A stretch of 64,000 nt of DNA, from positions 86,398-150,397 of the forward strand of contig JAQWOM010000009.1 in the NCBI GenBank assembly GCA_029245865.1, in the 5' to 3' direction. Every line of letters starts with the position of its first letter. Position 1 is the first letter of the stretch. The notes under the pieces are model-generated. The model made no database searches and was not told the origin of the DNA. It worked only from the letters and a program-made list of their open reading frames with translations. The translations under genes were made by a program, and so were the position numbers. Positions 37,715-46,743 of this stretch are shown here, one piece after another. The stretch comes from Planctomycetota bacterium (lineage in GTDB: Bacteria; Planctomycetota; B15-G4).

Positions 37715-38791
37715 ATGACCCAACCCCACAAACGACGAGCAGGGCGAAAGAGCGCCGTGATGGCGGCGATCTTCGGAGGAATGGCGATGGTTGCGTTGCT
37801 TGGGTGGATCCTATGGACGATCTCGGCCGGAAATCCGTTGGAATCGCCCGTAAACGGGACATTGGTGCCCCCCCCCGATTCTCCGGCCCAGCGGACACAG
37901 GACCCCCTCCCGCTGGCCCCAACCCGGACCGAAAAACCATCTCGGCCAAGAAACATCAAAAAGCCTCCTGTCCTCCCAACGGGGCCAAACGGCATCCGGG
38001 GACTGGTCCTGGATGCGGAAAACGGGAAGCCGATCCCCATCTTTCAGGTCTACATTCTGGAGGCCGCCGAGGAAGCCCCGCTAAGCCGCCTGGAAGGCAA
38101 CCGTGGCCGATCTTTCCACGTGCGGACCGGCGTCTTCTACGCCGAGCGAGATTCGGGCCGTTGGGACGTGGTCGTGAAAGCCCCTGGCTACGAACCCTCT
38201 GTACTGACAGGCCTTCCCACTCCGGCACTTGAACAGGCCCCCGTGCGTTTTGAGTTGAAGCGAGGGCCGGGAATTGTGGGCCTGGTCCTGGATGAAACCT
38301 TCATGCCGGTTCCCGATGTGAAGAGCTTCCTGCACATCACCAAACTCTCCGACAGCAGCGCCAAAATGCCGCTCGTCCGGATTGCGACCACAGGAACTGA
38401 CGGCCGATTCAGCTATGCACCGCTGCCCGATGGTGAGTACGCCGTCACCCTTCTCGAACCCTCCAACGCCGTGGATCGCCTCAGCGGCCTGCGTGTCTTC
38501 GGGGACACACTTCACGTAGAGATGTACCTACGCCCCCGTCACAAACTCACGGTGTGGACCCAAGCCGAGAACGGAACGCCGCTCCCAGACGTCCAGGTGG
38601 AATTGCGCAGCACCCAGGCACACTTCGCCCATGGAAAGAGCAACCAAAATGGACTCGTGCTGCTGGAGCACCTCCCAGACGGCATCTACACACTGACCGC
38701 GACCCTCCAAGGCGCGCCCCCCGTCCAAGAGGAACTGGAGTTGATCGGAGGCAGCAGCCGGCAGGTTCGCTGGCTCACCCTCTCGCCGTAG
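37715..38791 (+). CDS. Membrane-anchored protein with carboxypeptidase-regulatory-like (beta-sandwich) repeats
   Basis: Start at MTQPHKRRAGRKSAVMAAIFGGMAMVALLGWIL (TM anchor). Repeated units G.V.D....P....V......DG.F....L..G.Y. Confidence 0.55.
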   Translation: MTQPHKRRAGRKSAVMAAIFGGMAMVALLGWILWTISAGNPLESPVNGTLVPPPDSPAQRTQDPLPLAPTRTEKPSRPRNIKKPPVLPTGPNGIRGLVLDAENGKPIPIFQVYILEAAEEAPLSRLEGNRGRSFHVRTGVFYAERDSGRWDVVVKAPGYEPSVLTGLPTPALEQAPVRFELKRGPGIVGLVLDETFMPVPDVKSFLHITKLSDSSAKMPLVRIATTGTDGRFSYAPLPDGEYAVTLLEPSNAVDRLSGLRVFGDTLHVEMYLRPRHKLTVWTQAENGTPLPDVQVELRSTQAHFAHGKSNQNGLVLLEHLPDGIYTLTATLQGAPPVQEELELIGGSSRQVRWLTLSP

Positions 38792-38859
38792 CCCAGCAGG
38801 ACCGGCTTTGCCTATCATCCCTCCTCGAGTCTGGAGCGACTGGAGGCTGGCTGCAAATC

Positions 38860-39342
38860 ATGGGCATTTCGAAGCTGCTTGCGAACCCCTTGGACTGGGC
38901 TGACGCCCCCGTCATCTACGACATCGACGCGGTCCAGGAAAAGATCCCCCAGCGTCACGAGATGGCACTTCTTCACGGCGTGCTCAATCACGACCCTGAA
39001 AAGCACTTTGCCGTCGGCTTTCACGATGCGCGCGAAACCGACTTCTGGGTTCGCGGCCACATTCCGGGCCGGCCTCTCATGCCGGGTGTCGTCATGGTGG
39101 AAGCAGCAGCGCAGTTGTCTGCATTCGTCTCCGCCTGGATCACACCTCAGGAAGGCGGGCGGCTTTTCGGATTCGCCGGACTCGAGAACGTTCGTTTCCG
39201 CGGCCAGGTCTTACCTGGCGACCGCATGATTCTGATGGCATCTGCCGTCCGCGTCCGGCCAAGCCTGGCGCAGTTCGCCACACAGGCATTTGTCGGCGAG
39301 AAACTCGTCTTCCAAGGCACTGTCATCGGCGCATCGATCTAA
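38860..39342 (+). CDS. fabZ: 3-hydroxyacyl-ACP dehydratase FabZ-like (hotdog)
   Basis: IPQRHEMALLHGVL...GHIPGRPLMPGVVMVEAAAQ matches the FabZ pattern LPHRYPFLLVDRV...GHFPGxPIMPGVLxxEAxAQ. The ORF-track N-extension from 38554 is rejected. Confidence 0.75.
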   Translation: MGISKLLANPLDWADAPVIYDIDAVQEKIPQRHEMALLHGVLNHDPEKHFAVGFHDARETDFWVRGHIPGRPLMPGVVMVEAAAQLSAFVSAWITPQEGGRLFGFAGLENVRFRGQVLPGDRMILMASAVRVRPSLAQFATQAFVGEKLVFQGTVIGASI

Positions 39343-39345
39343 AGC

Positions 39346-40188
39346 ATGTACCCAATCCTGTTCCGTTTTCCAGACGCCATACCACTCCTTGGCGGACATG
39401 CGCTGCGATCCTTCAGCGTCATGGTCCTGATCGGCGTACTCATGGGTGCGTGGTGGGTTGGACGCGCATTCAAAAAGCAAGGCATCGAGCAGTCCGGGGC
39501 GGTGGACCATCTTGTCCGCAACGCGTTGATCTGCGGCTTCATTGGAGCGCGCATGCTCTATCTCGTCGTCCATCCGGAGGCGTATGAGAACCTTGTGTCG
39601 CTGATCGCCGTGTGGCAAGGCGGCATCGTGAGCTACGGCGGCTTCTTTGGGGGGGCGTTTGGCGCCTGGTTATTTGCACGCCGCTGGAAGATTCCCTTTG
39701 TGCGGCTAGGAGACGCTGCACTGCCAGCCCTTTTCCTCGGCCAGGTCTTCGGGCGCATTGGCTGCCTGCTCGTAGGAGACGACCACGGCGCACCCTGGAA
39801 TGGCCCCTGGGCCATCACCTTCTCGGGCGTTGAGGAAAGCCTCATCCCATCCCACCTGGTGGGCGTCCCACTGCATCCCAGCCAGATCTACCTTTCGCTC
39901 ATGAATCTCGTGATCTTCCTGATTTGCATCACGATCGGAAAACGCAGGCGCTTCGATGGACAAGTCTTCAGCGTGGGCCTCATTCTGTACGCAGTGGGCC
40001 GTTTCTGTGTCGAAATGACACGAGGCGATGATGCGGCGCGCGGCATATACGGAGCATTCAGCACCTCTCAATGGGTCAGCTTGGGCACAGCGGTCCTTGG
40101 CCTGGTCATGCTCATCAAATTGCGCCACGGGCCTCTGACACGAGGGGCGACACCTCCAGGTCACCTCGCAAAAGCAACCGTGGTATGA
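39346..40188 (+). CDS. lgt: Prolipoprotein diacylglyceryl transferase
   Basis: 280 aa polytopic. Lgt signature FGRIGCLLVGDDHG and the conserved YGxxR region. Confidence 0.85.
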   Translation: MYPILFRFPDAIPLLGGHALRSFSVMVLIGVLMGAWWVGRAFKKQGIEQSGAVDHLVRNALICGFIGARMLYLVVHPEAYENLVSLIAVWQGGIVSYGGFFGGAFGAWLFARRWKIPFVRLGDAALPALFLGQVFGRIGCLLVGDDHGAPWNGPWAITFSGVEESLIPSHLVGVPLHPSQIYLSLMNLVIFLICITIGKRRRFDGQVFSVGLILYAVGRFCVEMTRGDDAARGIYGAFSTSQWVSLGTAVLGLVMLIKLRHGPLTRGATPPGHLAKATVV

Positions 40189-41144
40189 CAATCGTCGCGG
40201 GCATCGACGAGGCGGGTTACGGGCCATTTGTTGGCCCACTCGTTGTGGCCGCCGCGGCATACCGCCTCGAAGAGGGAGCCAAAGAGTCCGATCTCGATCG
40301 GATCGTGCGCGACAAAAGCGTCCGGACTCAGGGCCTCCCGACTGCTGACAGCAAGCAGTTGTATCACTCGGGCGGATCACTCACGCGTATCGAGACTTCA
40401 ACTCTGGGTCACATGGCTCTCGCCCGGGGAGCCTTGCCCGTACGCTTCGACAGCCTCGTCCAGGGTGCAGTCGATCTTTCTGTCACCGAGATCGAAGACC
40501 TTCCCTGGTACGCAGGGCGCATGTTGTCCATGAACTTGCCCCGCGTCAGCTCCCTGGATGACGTCCTCGCTCGAAGTGCGTGGCATGGCCACCACCTGGC
40601 GCAGCGCGGCGCACGGTTTGAAGATCTTTTTCTCGCACCCGTGCTCGTGCCCCGCTTCAACAGACTCACCTCTGCGGCGGGTAGCAAGGCCTGGACTCTT
40701 TTTCACACCACAGGCCGGCTTATTGAGACGCTGGTCAGTCGTTTTCACAAGGAAGACCTGGTCATTCACGTCGATCGTCAAGGTGGGCGCATACATTACG
40801 GCGCGCTCTTGCAAACATTTTTCCCGATGGCGCCCCTACGTACGATCAGCGAACGTCGAGAATGCTCGCTCTACGAGTTGGCCTGGCCGGATCGCAGCCC
40901 TGTTCGTATTGATTTCCGGGTCAAAGCAGACGGCCGCCGTGCGCCTGTCGCCCTCGCTTCTGTTGCAGCCAAGACTCTGCGCGAGCTTTTCATGGACTGC
41001 TTCAACGAGTGGTTCACCGAACGCATCGACGGACTTAAGCCAAGCGCCGGCTACGGCACGGATGGACGACGCTTTGTCAGCGAAGTCCTGGCCGCAGGTC
41101 CGAAATACGCGAAAAAACGGGACATCCTGGAACGTTGCCGATGA
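40185..41144 (+). CDS. rnhB: Ribonuclease HII family protein (divergent, about 70-aa insertion)
   Basis: AGIDEAGYGPFVGPLVVAAA, ADSKQL and SVAAKTLRELFM match RNase HII motifs (AGVDEVGRGPLVGAVV, DSKKLS, SIAAASILAKVTRD). ATG 40185 overlaps the lgt stop (ATGA). The ORF-track start 40071 is rejected. Confidence 0.65.
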   Translation: MTIVAGIDEAGYGPFVGPLVVAAAAYRLEEGAKESDLDRIVRDKSVRTQGLPTADSKQLYHSGGSLTRIETSTLGHMALARGALPVRFDSLVQGAVDLSVTEIEDLPWYAGRMLSMNLPRVSSLDDVLARSAWHGHHLAQRGARFEDLFLAPVLVPRFNRLTSAAGSKAWTLFHTTGRLIETLVSRFHKEDLVIHVDRQGGRIHYGALLQTFFPMAPLRTISERRECSLYELAWPDRSPVRIDFRVKADGRRAPVALASVAAKTLRELFMDCFNEWFTERIDGLKPSAGYGTDGRRFVSEVLAAGPKYAKKRDILERCR

Positions 41145-41175
41145 TTGCCGCGGCGAAACCGACTCAACGCACACC

Positions 41176-42204
41176 ATGAGCGATCGGTTTATTCGCCAGG
41201 AACGCTTGCCGCAGATCGGCACGGAAGGGCAAGCAAAGCTTGCCGCCGCGCGAGTTGCATTGGTCGGGGTTGGCGCCACAGGCAGCCACTTAGCAGCCAG
41301 CCTTGGCCGTGCGGGAGTTGGTCGCACTGAGAAAGGCGGCCTCCTACGGCTCATCGACCGCGACATTGTCGAGCTATCCAACCTCCCGCGGCAGACGCTC
41401 TTCACAACGGCCGATGTGGAATCTGTTCGCCCCAAGGCCGAGGCAGCCGCAGAGGCCCTCGAACACATTGACCCTGGCCTCGCGCTGGAACCCGTAGTTG
41501 AAGACCTGGTCTCCGACAATGCGAATCAATTGCTGGGCGACGTCGACCTGGTGCTCGACGGGACAGACAACTTCACCACACGAATGCTGGTGAACGACCT
41601 CTGCGTTCGCGATGGGCGCCCATGGATCTACAGCGGCGTGGTCGGCACGGAAGGCCAGTTGCTGGTCGTACGATCTTCAACAGCCTGCCTGCGTTGTTAC
41701 GTGCCCGAGCTACCCGCGCCAGGCACATTGCCAACCTGCGACACCGCAGGCGTACTGGGCAGCGTTGTGTCGCTGATCACCTCTCTTGTTGCCACAGAAT
41801 CTCTCAAGATCATCCTGAAGGATGATGACGTTCGCGATGGCGAAGTTTTTGTCGTGGACGGGTGGCGAGGAGATGTCCGCACGGTCTCTCTCTCCATCGA
41901 CCCGACATGCCCTTGCTGCCAGCGCCAAAGTTACGAGTTTCTCAACAGCCAGTCCGCAGCCATGCCGACCGAGCTGTGTGGACGCAATGCGATACAGCTC
42001 CCTCCCACCGGCGCACCCGTTGACCTCGAATCCGCCGCGAAGCGGCTCGCAAAAGAGGGCGTTGTCACCCGAAGTCGGTTTCTTGTTCGACTGGACTCAC
42101 CAGATCGACGCCTGCTGTTATTTTCAGACGGACGCGTAATTATCGACAACACACAAAGCGCCAGTGAAGCACGGAGCGTGCGAGCAAAACTTCTCGGCGA
42201 TTAG
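41176..42204 (+). CDS. ThiF/MoeB-family E1-like adenylyltransferase with two CxxC pairs and a C-terminal extension of about 90 aa
   Basis: ALVGVGATGSHLA (GxGxxG) and IDRDIVELSNLPRQ. CxxC pairs CLRC and CPCC. Start ATG 41176. The ORF-track N-extension from 40558 overlaps rnhB in another frame and is rejected. Confidence 0.75.
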   Translation: MSDRFIRQERLPQIGTEGQAKLAAARVALVGVGATGSHLAASLGRAGVGRTEKGGLLRLIDRDIVELSNLPRQTLFTTADVESVRPKAEAAAEALEHIDPGLALEPVVEDLVSDNANQLLGDVDLVLDGTDNFTTRMLVNDLCVRDGRPWIYSGVVGTEGQLLVVRSSTACLRCYVPELPAPGTLPTCDTAGVLGSVVSLITSLVATESLKIILKDDDVRDGEVFVVDGWRGDVRTVSLSIDPTCPCCQRQSYEFLNSQSAAMPTELCGRNAIQLPPTGAPVDLESAAKRLAKEGVVTRSRFLVRLDSPDRRLLLFSDGRVIIDNTQSASEARSVRAKLLGD

Positions 42205-42241
42205 ACGGAGGCGCGCGGCAGGCTTCAGAAGTCTGCCGCGG

Positions 42242-44812
42242 CTAGGGCCCCGCATCAAACGGAAGCCACCCGGCCCAGAACAGTGGGTAGGTCCGGTCGA
42301 CAACACCGGCTTTCTCCGCGCCGTCCAAGAAGAAACGCTGCGCCTCTCCGATCAACTGAGCCAGCGAGCGCGAACCGTCAGCGCCTCTTTCGACAAGGCC
42401 AATCATGCTGGCGCGCACCGGTTCGGGAAGCGGCCAGCGAGTCATGAGCACCTGCTTCACACCTGCGGAAAGCCAGGCGGAAGCGGCCAGCGCGGCTCCA
42501 TGCTGAGCTAAACCCGGATCGAAGCGTGTCCGATCAAGAATCACGCCAGCCTTCAGTGAACTCTCTGCGATTCTGCGCCAGGAGAGGAACCCGGCAGCTT
42601 CGTCGACGCGTGCAAGATCTGGGTCTGGAGCAAGCAGCAAACCCGCTAACCGACCGCCCCCGAAGCCGGGCACCGAGAGTTCGACAACGTCTGCTGACCC
42701 GAGTTCTTCGAGCGCCGTTCCTACGGTGCATTCACTCCCGGAATAATCCGGTGCCGTTGAATCACGCAGTGCGCCTGCGTTCAGCGCCGAGGCTCCATAA
42801 GTACTCAGGGCAAATGCGGCAGCCCAGCTGAGTGCCTCTTGGTCCATGGCTGGCTCTCCCAAGCGCACCCAATCGCTGCCACCAAACCCGGCACCACCGA
42901 CCAACCCTTCTCCATCAGAACGCTCATCAACAGACTTCCGCGAGACCAGGCCGTCTGGCAGAACGAGTGGCATAAGACTCAACTCATGGTTACGAATCAG
43001 CCACGCTACGGGAGCATTCGGCACCGGGGGCTGTGTCACCCACATGGCCGGTGGCACAGAAGTCAGTTCGTCGGGCAAGAGCAACCACCACCGCGTGCGC
43101 CCTGCGAGATCTTCCAGCGCAGCAGTGCTGAAGATTTGCGTGAAGAGGCTGTGTGCCGCCTGAGCAACACTTGTCAGGCGGCCACTGCGCAGTGTTTCAA
43201 CCACGGCGAGGGCCCCCGCATGCAAAGCACCAGCCGAAGGCAGCCCGAAAACCGCCCCGCCCTGACTCGATGTCAGCAGCACAAGGTAAGACGCGTCCAA
43301 GCCTGGAACGACGGCAATGATGGCCTCATCTGGAGCGAGTTGACCATCCAGCCAGCCATTCACGCGGGCGCCGATCCCAAGCCCCAACTCACCAGACCAA
43401 CGGCCCGTAAGCCGCTCCAGGGTCTCGATCGCCTGCCACCCCAGAGCTCCGGAAATACCGGCAGACAAAACAGCACCGGCAACGCTGTTCAGCTTTCTTG
43501 CCTGAAGTTGATCGGCGTCGACGAGCGCCAGGTGCAGCGAGAGCCACGCGAGGCTCGGAAGCGGTTCGGGGCACAGGCGCCTCAGGGTGCTGACGGAGAG
43601 GTCTTCGCCAGAGCACTGTTCGACGTTGAGCAAGGGAAGCAACTCGGACGACAGCCGTTCGTGATCCGGCCCCTTGGCCAGGATCCAACCGTACAAAACC
43701 GTACGAGCGAGGCTGTCGGGGAGCCTTTTGAGAACCTCGAGGGCTTCCTCTGGGGCCCCTCCCTTCGAGAGAGCCACCGCTTCGATCCAACCAGCCTCCT
43801 GGGCGCGAGGAGAATCTTCGAATCCCAGGCGAGCAGCACGCGCACGAACGGCGGCCGCTTCGAAGCGACTCTCCTTCAAGTCGAGCCGTGCGTACACCAG
43901 TTCCAAGGGAGCTCTCGACACCACATCGCCACCCTGCGCGAGCAACACGTCCAGTTCCTTCCGACATGCCTCCAACTGTCCCGACAAGAGCATTTCCGAG
44001 AGGCTCAATGCGAGAGCATCATCTCGCGCCCCATCACGCCGAGGTGTCTCTTCTTCGAAGAGCAGCGAGGCTGCGAGAGCGGTTTCAGAGGCTTCTACAT
44101 GTAACCCCAACACGGAAAGCTGCTGAGCTCTTCGAGCCAGTGTCGTAGGCGCCGGAGCAGCTTCTCCCCAGACGAGGCTCGCCCCGAAGTCATCTCCAAG
44201 ACGGAACAGAACCCACCCCTTCTGACGCAGAAGGGCATCACGGCGACCGTCCTCACCGAGATCAAATTGCTCATGGCGCGCAAGTGCCTCGCTAAAAGCA
44301 GTAAGTGATTCTTCATGGCGACCGAGTCGCTCCAGGAAAACCGCGATCTGCTCACGCGTAAGAATTTCGGTCCGCGCATCACCGTGCGCCATCGAAAAGT
44401 TCACCAGCTGGGTCATGTATTCCAATGACTCGTCAACACGCCCTTCGAGACTCTCGATACGAGCCAAGTTCCCAAGCGAAAGGCCCTCGATTCGCGCATA
44501 TTCCCTCTCACGCGCCTCGACCAGAACTGACTCCAGCAAAGAACGAGCCTCGCTGTTTCGTTCGAGCATCTTGAGACATACGCCCTGCTGCGCCCGCGAC
44601 GACAGCGCAGTCCGCGCATCCCCCTCTTCCAGAGCCCTGCTCTCGACGCGTCGGTAGATCGCCAGCGACTCCTCATGGGAGCCTTCGGCATAGAAGCTCT
44701 CCGCCTGAGCAGTCAGGTCTGAAAGCTTTGGACTCTCAAGCGAAGGAGAGAACCAGTAGCCGAGACAAACGATCAGAACCGCGACCAAGATCAGAAGAAA
44801 GCGGGTTCTCAA
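42242..44812 (-). CDS. Membrane-anchored TPR-repeat protein with C-terminal CHAT (caspase-like) domain
   Basis: 856 aa. N-terminal TM anchor. About 500 aa of TPR-like repeats. C-terminal segment with the CHAT-like pattern ...VKQVLMTRWPLPEP...YPLFWAGWLPFD. Confidence 0.6.
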   Translation of the reverse strand: MRTRFLLILVAVLIVCLGYWFSPSLESPKLSDLTAQAESFYAEGSHEESLAIYRRVESRALEEGDARTALSSRAQQGVCLKMLERNSEARSLLESVLVEAREREYARIEGLSLGNLARIESLEGRVDESLEYMTQLVNFSMAHGDARTEILTREQIAVFLERLGRHEESLTAFSEALARHEQFDLGEDGRRDALLRQKGWVLFRLGDDFGASLVWGEAAPAPTTLARRAQQLSVLGLHVEASETALAASLLFEEETPRRDGARDDALALSLSEMLLSGQLEACRKELDVLLAQGGDVVSRAPLELVYARLDLKESRFEAAAVRARAARLGFEDSPRAQEAGWIEAVALSKGGAPEEALEVLKRLPDSLARTVLYGWILAKGPDHERLSSELLPLLNVEQCSGEDLSVSTLRRLCPEPLPSLAWLSLHLALVDADQLQARKLNSVAGAVLSAGISGALGWQAIETLERLTGRWSGELGLGIGARVNGWLDGQLAPDEAIIAVVPGLDASYLVLLTSSQGGAVFGLPSAGALHAGALAVVETLRSGRLTSVAQAAHSLFTQIFSTAALEDLAGRTRWWLLLPDELTSVPPAMWVTQPPVPNAPVAWLIRNHELSLMPLVLPDGLVSRKSVDERSDGEGLVGGAGFGGSDWVRLGEPAMDQEALSWAAAFALSTYGASALNAGALRDSTAPDYSGSECTVGTALEELGSADVVELSVPGFGGGRLAGLLLAPDPDLARVDEAAGFLSWRRIAESSLKAGVILDRTRFDPGLAQHGAALAASAWLSAGVKQVLMTRWPLPEPVRASMIGLVERGADGSRSLAQLIGEAQRFFLDGAEKAGVVDRTYPLFWAGWLPFDAGP

Positions 44813-45957
44813 GGCGCCTTCTTCTCGCGCACAACCACGAGGATTTCATCGCCATATTCGCGCCGACGCCAAGGCTCCATTCCTTTCACCATAGAAAGCT
44901 CCTCAGCAGTCTTTGGCTGGGCACCGGCAATCAGCATGAGCATGCTCGTTGTCGCAACACGCGCGACATCGACCCCTCGCTCCGCCGCCCTCTTCACGCG
45001 CCACCTGCGAAGGGCTTCAAACAGCACTTCCTGCTCGGCTGTCAGCTTGCTGTCTTCTTTGTGCTCCCAGATCTTGCGACGCCCTTTGCGCGCCGGCATC
45101 GGAATCTCACCTAGCTCAACGCCGCGCTGAACGGCGTCCAGCAACAGTTGCACGTCCCCGGAAGAAAGATTTCGGCTCACTCCGCGTACATTTTTGCACT
45201 GGTCTTCTGTCTCTGGCCTCCGCTTGGCCAACTCGACAATCGTACTGTCGTGAAGCACTCGGTAGGGGGCTCGATCTAATCTCTTGGAAATGGTGTCACG
45301 CGCAACGTAAATCTCTCGTAGCAAGCCGCGGGATTCATTGGGAAGTTGCTTGCCTCCCTTCACGCGCACCCAATTGTCTGGGTCGAACGGTTTCTCTGTG
45401 ATGTTGGCGCGTGCGATGCGTGCGAACTCACTTCGAGCCTCTTCCACTCGACCGAGTTCTTCAAGTTCGTCGAGCAGACACTCGCGTAACGCGATGAGAT
45501 AGCGCACGTCGATCCGCGCATAGTCTGCTTGGTCTTTGGGAAGTGGGCGAACACGCCAATCAGCCTTCTGATACTTCTTGCTGATGTGAACGTCAAAGTG
45601 GCGTTCCAGTGCCGCAGCCAGCCCGACACCCTGATGTCCAAGGATCTGCGAGGCTGCCATGGTGTCGAAGGTGTTGCTGAAATCGAACCCCCAGTGCGAG
45701 CGCATGAGGCCAATGTCATTTTCGCCCCCATGGAAGACCTTCACCTTGCGAGCATCCGCAAAGAGAGCGCCTAACCGTGAACGATCCAACTCGACAAGCC
45801 CGTCCAGCAGCGCTTCCTTGTCTTCCCAGCCGATTTGCACGACACAGAGACTCGTGCCATAGGCGTACATCGAGTCCATCTCACAGTCGATCGCCAGGAC
45901 ATCCTGACTCTCTAACTGATTGGTCAGTGCGTCGAGGGCCTCCTGCGTGTCGATCAT
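44809..45957 (-). CDS. rnd: Ribonuclease D (DEDDy 3'-5' exonuclease + HRDC)
   Basis: LAIDCEMDSMYAYGTSLCVVQIG...KVFHGGENDI...YARIDVRYL (Exo I-III motifs). C-terminal HRDC-like region. Confidence 0.85.
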   Translation of the reverse strand: MIDTQEALDALTNQLESQDVLAIDCEMDSMYAYGTSLCVVQIGWEDKEALLDGLVELDRSRLGALFADARKVKVFHGGENDIGLMRSHWGFDFSNTFDTMAASQILGHQGVGLAAALERHFDVHISKKYQKADWRVRPLPKDQADYARIDVRYLIALRECLLDELEELGRVEEARSEFARIARANITEKPFDPDNWVRVKGGKQLPNESRGLLREIYVARDTISKRLDRAPYRVLHDSTIVELAKRRPETEDQCKNVRGVSRNLSSGDVQLLLDAVQRGVELGEIPMPARKGRRKIWEHKEDSKLTAEQEVLFEALRRWRVKRAAERGVDVARVATTSMLMLIAGAQPKTAEELSMVKGMEPWRRREYGDEILVVVREKKAP

Positions 45958-46037
45958 TACAGCTCATTCTAGCAACCCAACAGACGAGACAATCGAGCGG
46001 AGTCAACGAACTCCCCACGAATGCTAGGGTGCTCACC

Positions 46038-46718
46038 ATGACCTCACCGGATTGGCGACAACTGGGATTCCTCACTCCTGACGCCATGGAGTGCCAGCTT
46101 GACGTCTGGGCTCTCCAGGCACGGCTTCGCAGGGCTCTGGGCGATGTCCTGGCGGATCTGGCAGCACAAACCGCTGAGCCCTCCTGGGCCGCTTCCCTTG
46201 AGCAAGCCGGCCAGCGCGCCCACAAACTCGCCTCAGACCTGCTGGCCGAGGCTCATGAAGAAGCCTGTCTTCGCGTCGATGACGATGAAATCGTGCGAGA
46301 ATTCGAGGGCATGCTGGGTGAAGTCACCTCCAGCGGACATGTCCCCTCCCTGGCCACCACGGGCTTCGCTGTTCTGGGCGAACTGGGCCCTCTTCCCATC
46401 CGCCTGCTACATGACATTGCTGGCCCTCATGCGCGACTGATCAGTGGACGCATTCTGAGCGAGGACTCCCACCTGCTCCTGGGCCGCCTGATCCCTGTGA
46501 TGCAGCCCTCACCCCGCGACAAAGACAACCTCCGCCGACTGCTGCGACACCTCTACACGGGGTTCTCAGCGGTCATCGGTTCCTGGCGGCAAACCTTCCA
46601 CACACTCGGTATCGATGGTGAAAACCTCGCAGACGAGTGCGTCGAAACCGTCCGCAGAGCTCACGCGACCTTGGAATTCAAGGTCACGTCAGCAGACACA
46701 AAAATGTTCCGTTTCTGA
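46038..46718 (+). CDS. Hypothetical cytoplasmic protein
   Basis: 226 aa from ATG 46038 (MTSPDWRQLGF...). The ORF-track start 45777 would overlap rnd antisense. No family recognised. Confidence 0.45.
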   Translation: MTSPDWRQLGFLTPDAMECQLDVWALQARLRRALGDVLADLAAQTAEPSWAASLEQAGQRAHKLASDLLAEAHEEACLRVDDDEIVREFEGMLGEVTSSGHVPSLATTGFAVLGELGPLPIRLLHDIAGPHARLISGRILSEDSHLLLGRLIPVMQPSPRDKDNLRRLLRHLYTGFSAVIGSWRQTFHTLGIDGENLADECVETVRRAHATLEFKVTSADTKMFRF

Positions 46719-46743
46719 GCATTTCGTCGAGCGCGCCCCGGCC

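Noticed and set aside
40071-40184. ORF-track N-terminal extension of the RNase HII-like gene
   Set aside because: It overlaps the 3' end of lgt in another frame. The ATG at 40185 gives an ATGA overlap, and the product then starts exactly at the conserved RNase HII N-terminal motif.
40558-41175. ORF-track 206-aa N-terminal extension of the ThiF-like gene
   Set aside because: It overlaps rnhB in a different frame. The ATG at 41176 sits just after the rnhB stop and just before the E1 GxGxxG motif.
42839-44104. 421-aa plus-strand ORF
   Set aside because: It is antisense to the TPR-CHAT gene. It has a biased R/Q/P composition and no motifs.
40185-44812. The idea that rnhB-like + E1-like + CHAT form a novel conjugation or defense-type system
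   Set aside because: The fabZ ... rnhB linkage is a classic envelope/housekeeping arrangement. The CHAT gene is convergent and not operonic. No E2/JAB/Ubl partners are present. Kept only as a modest-interest observation.
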